From Bugula neritina (lineage: Eukaryota; Animalia; Bryozoa): a DNA stretch of 64,000 nucleotides. Positions 61,541 through 64,000 of the stretch are shown piece after piece; positions within the stretch are counted from its first letter, which is position 1, and the number at the start of each line of letters is the position of its first letter. A program made the position numbers and the translations under genes. The notes beneath the pieces were generated by a model that saw only the letters and a program-made list of their open reading frames with translations, had not been told where the DNA came from and did not search any database. The stretch covers positions 17,095,875 through 17,159,874 of the forward strand of contig OZ037768.1 of assembly GCA_964035545.1 (NCBI GenBank), written 5' to 3'.

Positions 61541-64000
61541 ATGGCTCTTAACACAGAAAAAAGTTCACAAAACATTCAAGAGCCTAATGCAGAGGTTAAA
61601 AAGAAGACCCCAAGGGTCCGTAAGAAGGGTTTATATAAAACAGTTGCTAGACAGGTGAGCTGAAATATTTTACAACTTTTGAACTGTTTTTCGTGAGTAA
61701 TTATTTAATTTCAAATGTGACTGTCTTTGGTTCGTTGTTCAACTTCTTTAATTGGTCTGGATGAACATTTACTATACTAGATCTGTTTTTCTGCTATATA
61801 TCATGAAATTGAATGTAGAACTGGCAATTTACCAAGGCTGCAATTTTTTTATGTTAGATGGATTTTTATTTTGGTGATGCTAACCTCCGTCGTGATGGAT
61901 TCCTTAAAAAAGAAATAGATTCATCCGAAGATGGTTGTAAGTATTTTGTATCTGAAGTAGTTGAGTAATTTAGTTAATTTTAAAGCATAATTTTATATCA
62001 ATAATAATAAAATTACCTTTCTATAGCGCTTGCAGTTTTATTATTATTAGCTATGTATATGTGGGAGTTCAAGCTATTCCTTAGTTAGATATGGAAATTT
62101 ACTTTTCAGTGCTGGTTGTCCTTAATAATGAAGTTCAGCAATAAATATACACTATCTGTTTGAATATTTTAAAAACTTTGCATTAGCTACGTATGCAGAA
62201 AGACCGATGCAAAAGTTATCGTTGTATATCTGTGGATTTTTACTTGTTTTTAATAATGTAGTTGTTCCTTTGGAACTGTTCTTGAAGTTCAATAAGCTGA
62301 AGGAGTTGGGGGTTACTACAACAGATATCAGCAAATCTATATCTAACTTCTCTAAACTACTCACATTAAATGAACTACAAGATAAAGTGAAAAGATCCTC
62401 ACCGTTGGTAGCTAAAGATAACTTAGACAGCCTTATAGTGTATCTGGTATGTTATTGACAATTTTACCAAGTCAGTTTTGTAAACTGTATACATTTTTCT
62501 GTGTCGGTTGAATAAATATGTGTCTGTTGATTCCCTGCATATGTTCCATGTTTGCATATAAATATGATTACTTGGTTTATGGACCTCAGGAAGGAATACC
62601 CAAGACCTCAGACCATGAATGGGTTACTAGTGCTATGTCGGTATACGGTCAAGTGAACTATGTTAGTCTGCCTCGTTACCCATCCACCCACGTAATAAAG
62701 GGGTTCGCTTTCGTCGAGTTTGACTCAGAAGAAGGTGTTCGTAACTGCCTGAAAGAGATCGGCACTAAAGAGTTTAGTTCTGTGAATCCCTTTCCTAAAG
62801 CTGGTTCTAAGGATGTACAGCGTGCTCAGAAGCAGATACTTAAATCAGGTTGGCTGTTCAATTTACTGTCATCTTGACTCAAGTATCGTTAACACTGATC
62901 TTTTGTTAGTAAAACAAATCTCAAATTTAAGCAGTACAAATTATGTATTTACCTTTACTTGCTAAATTTAAGTAAACCTATAAAGTGCTGCATTAGGCTT
63001 TTAAATTTAAGATTTTTTCAGGAATATTTTCAGATTTGTTGTTTATACTTTTCTCTTCATGATTTTTACATTTACATTTACATTTGCATATACTCGTATA
63101 ATATGGGATGTATTGTTGTAATTTGAGTGAGGCAAAATAGTTGGCAATATGAACTATGCCTTCATTTGTTCTACTGTGCAATTCATTCAAACTCCATAAC
63201 AGGCACACTTTTTCAAATAATACGGATGTATTCTGAGGATTTTTGATAAGTCGTTTTTCATTCATGCATATATCCATATTTATAGTCTAGATCAAATAAT
63301 GTATTCATATTTTAAACAAATGTTTAATGGTTTATTTATTAACCTTTAGCTCAAAGTGGAGAATCTCTACAAACTAGAAAGCGGAGCAAAGACAGACGAT
63401 CTTCTAATGCTGACGGCACTGACCTGGTTTCAGAGGAGCCAGTCAGCAAGAAGGTCAAGGTTAGCAACGTTGGTGAGTCATCGGTGAAGGAAGATAAGCC
63501 CATCTCCGATCAAGTTGCTAAGGTGTCTAAAAAGCGGAAGCGAAAACTTAGTCAATCAAAGGTAAAACTAGATTTTTAATCCCTTATTCAGGGTTTATCT
63601 TAGAAACAGTTTGCATTTTTTGTTATTTTATTGCTGAAGTGTAATTAAGTGAGCCCCTATTTGTATTTCACAAACATTTTATAAATATCTTTTGGTTCAT
63701 TAAAAATTACTTTTTCAAGTATTTTGCTCATTTGGTATGTGATGTCATTTATTGTCATTGCAATCTTTCATTCCATTACATCATTGTTCGTACTTCTCAC
63801 AACAGTGCTGACTAGCAAGAGTGTGTGCTTATACTTCATATTTGTCTTTAATTAACTCAATGTTATTTCATCAGAGCCAGGAAAATGCTAAAGAGCAGAA
63901 ACTAGATTCCAGCATCAGTCAGAAATCAGATACAGCTGAGATGAAAGAGCCTACAGTGACCAGTAAGCAAGATGTAAAGAAGTCTAAAAAGTCTGCTGCA
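61541..64000 (+). CDS. LARP7: La-related protein 7 (La motif plus RRM1), truncated by window end
   Basis: KKKTPRVRKKGLYKTVARQ|MDFYFGDANLRRDGFLKKEI...FNKLKEL (La motif); EGIPKTSDHEWV...YVSLPRY...KGFAFVEF (RRM); basic linker exons at ~63350-63561 and 63874ff. Confidence 0.88.

Overview
AT-rich, intron-rich animal (invertebrate-like) genomic DNA, not prokaryotic. It holds nine recognisable housekeeping genes: HMCES(-), DPCD(+), GID8(-), SLC25A12/13 aralar(-), HAT1(+), KANSL1(-), SUGP1(+), MRPL24(-) and LARP7(+, runs off the end). Most are in head-to-head or tail-to-tail pairs. Mobile DNA includes six copies of one tRNA-derived SINE, a 5'-truncated RTE LINE with a target-site duplication, several decayed CR1/L2-type LINE pieces, a PIF/Harbinger-like MITE and a DNA-transposon end. 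The most striking unexplained pattern is at the 5' end of every gene. Each has a CpG-retaining core of about 300-500 bp flanked, on the transcribed side(s), by tracts of about 0.1-1.3 kb of 3-nt-periodic (ANT/hexamer) sequence rich in short-spacer palindromes (up to 136 bp). Other highlights: a minisatellite made of tandem splice acceptors in KANSL1, a head-to-head SLC25A12-HAT1 pair as in human, a shared SINE/LINE 3' tail, a MITE sitting where the MRPL24 promoter is expected, and a G.U-compensated intronic hairpin. Exon boundaries were read by eye and may be off by a few bases.
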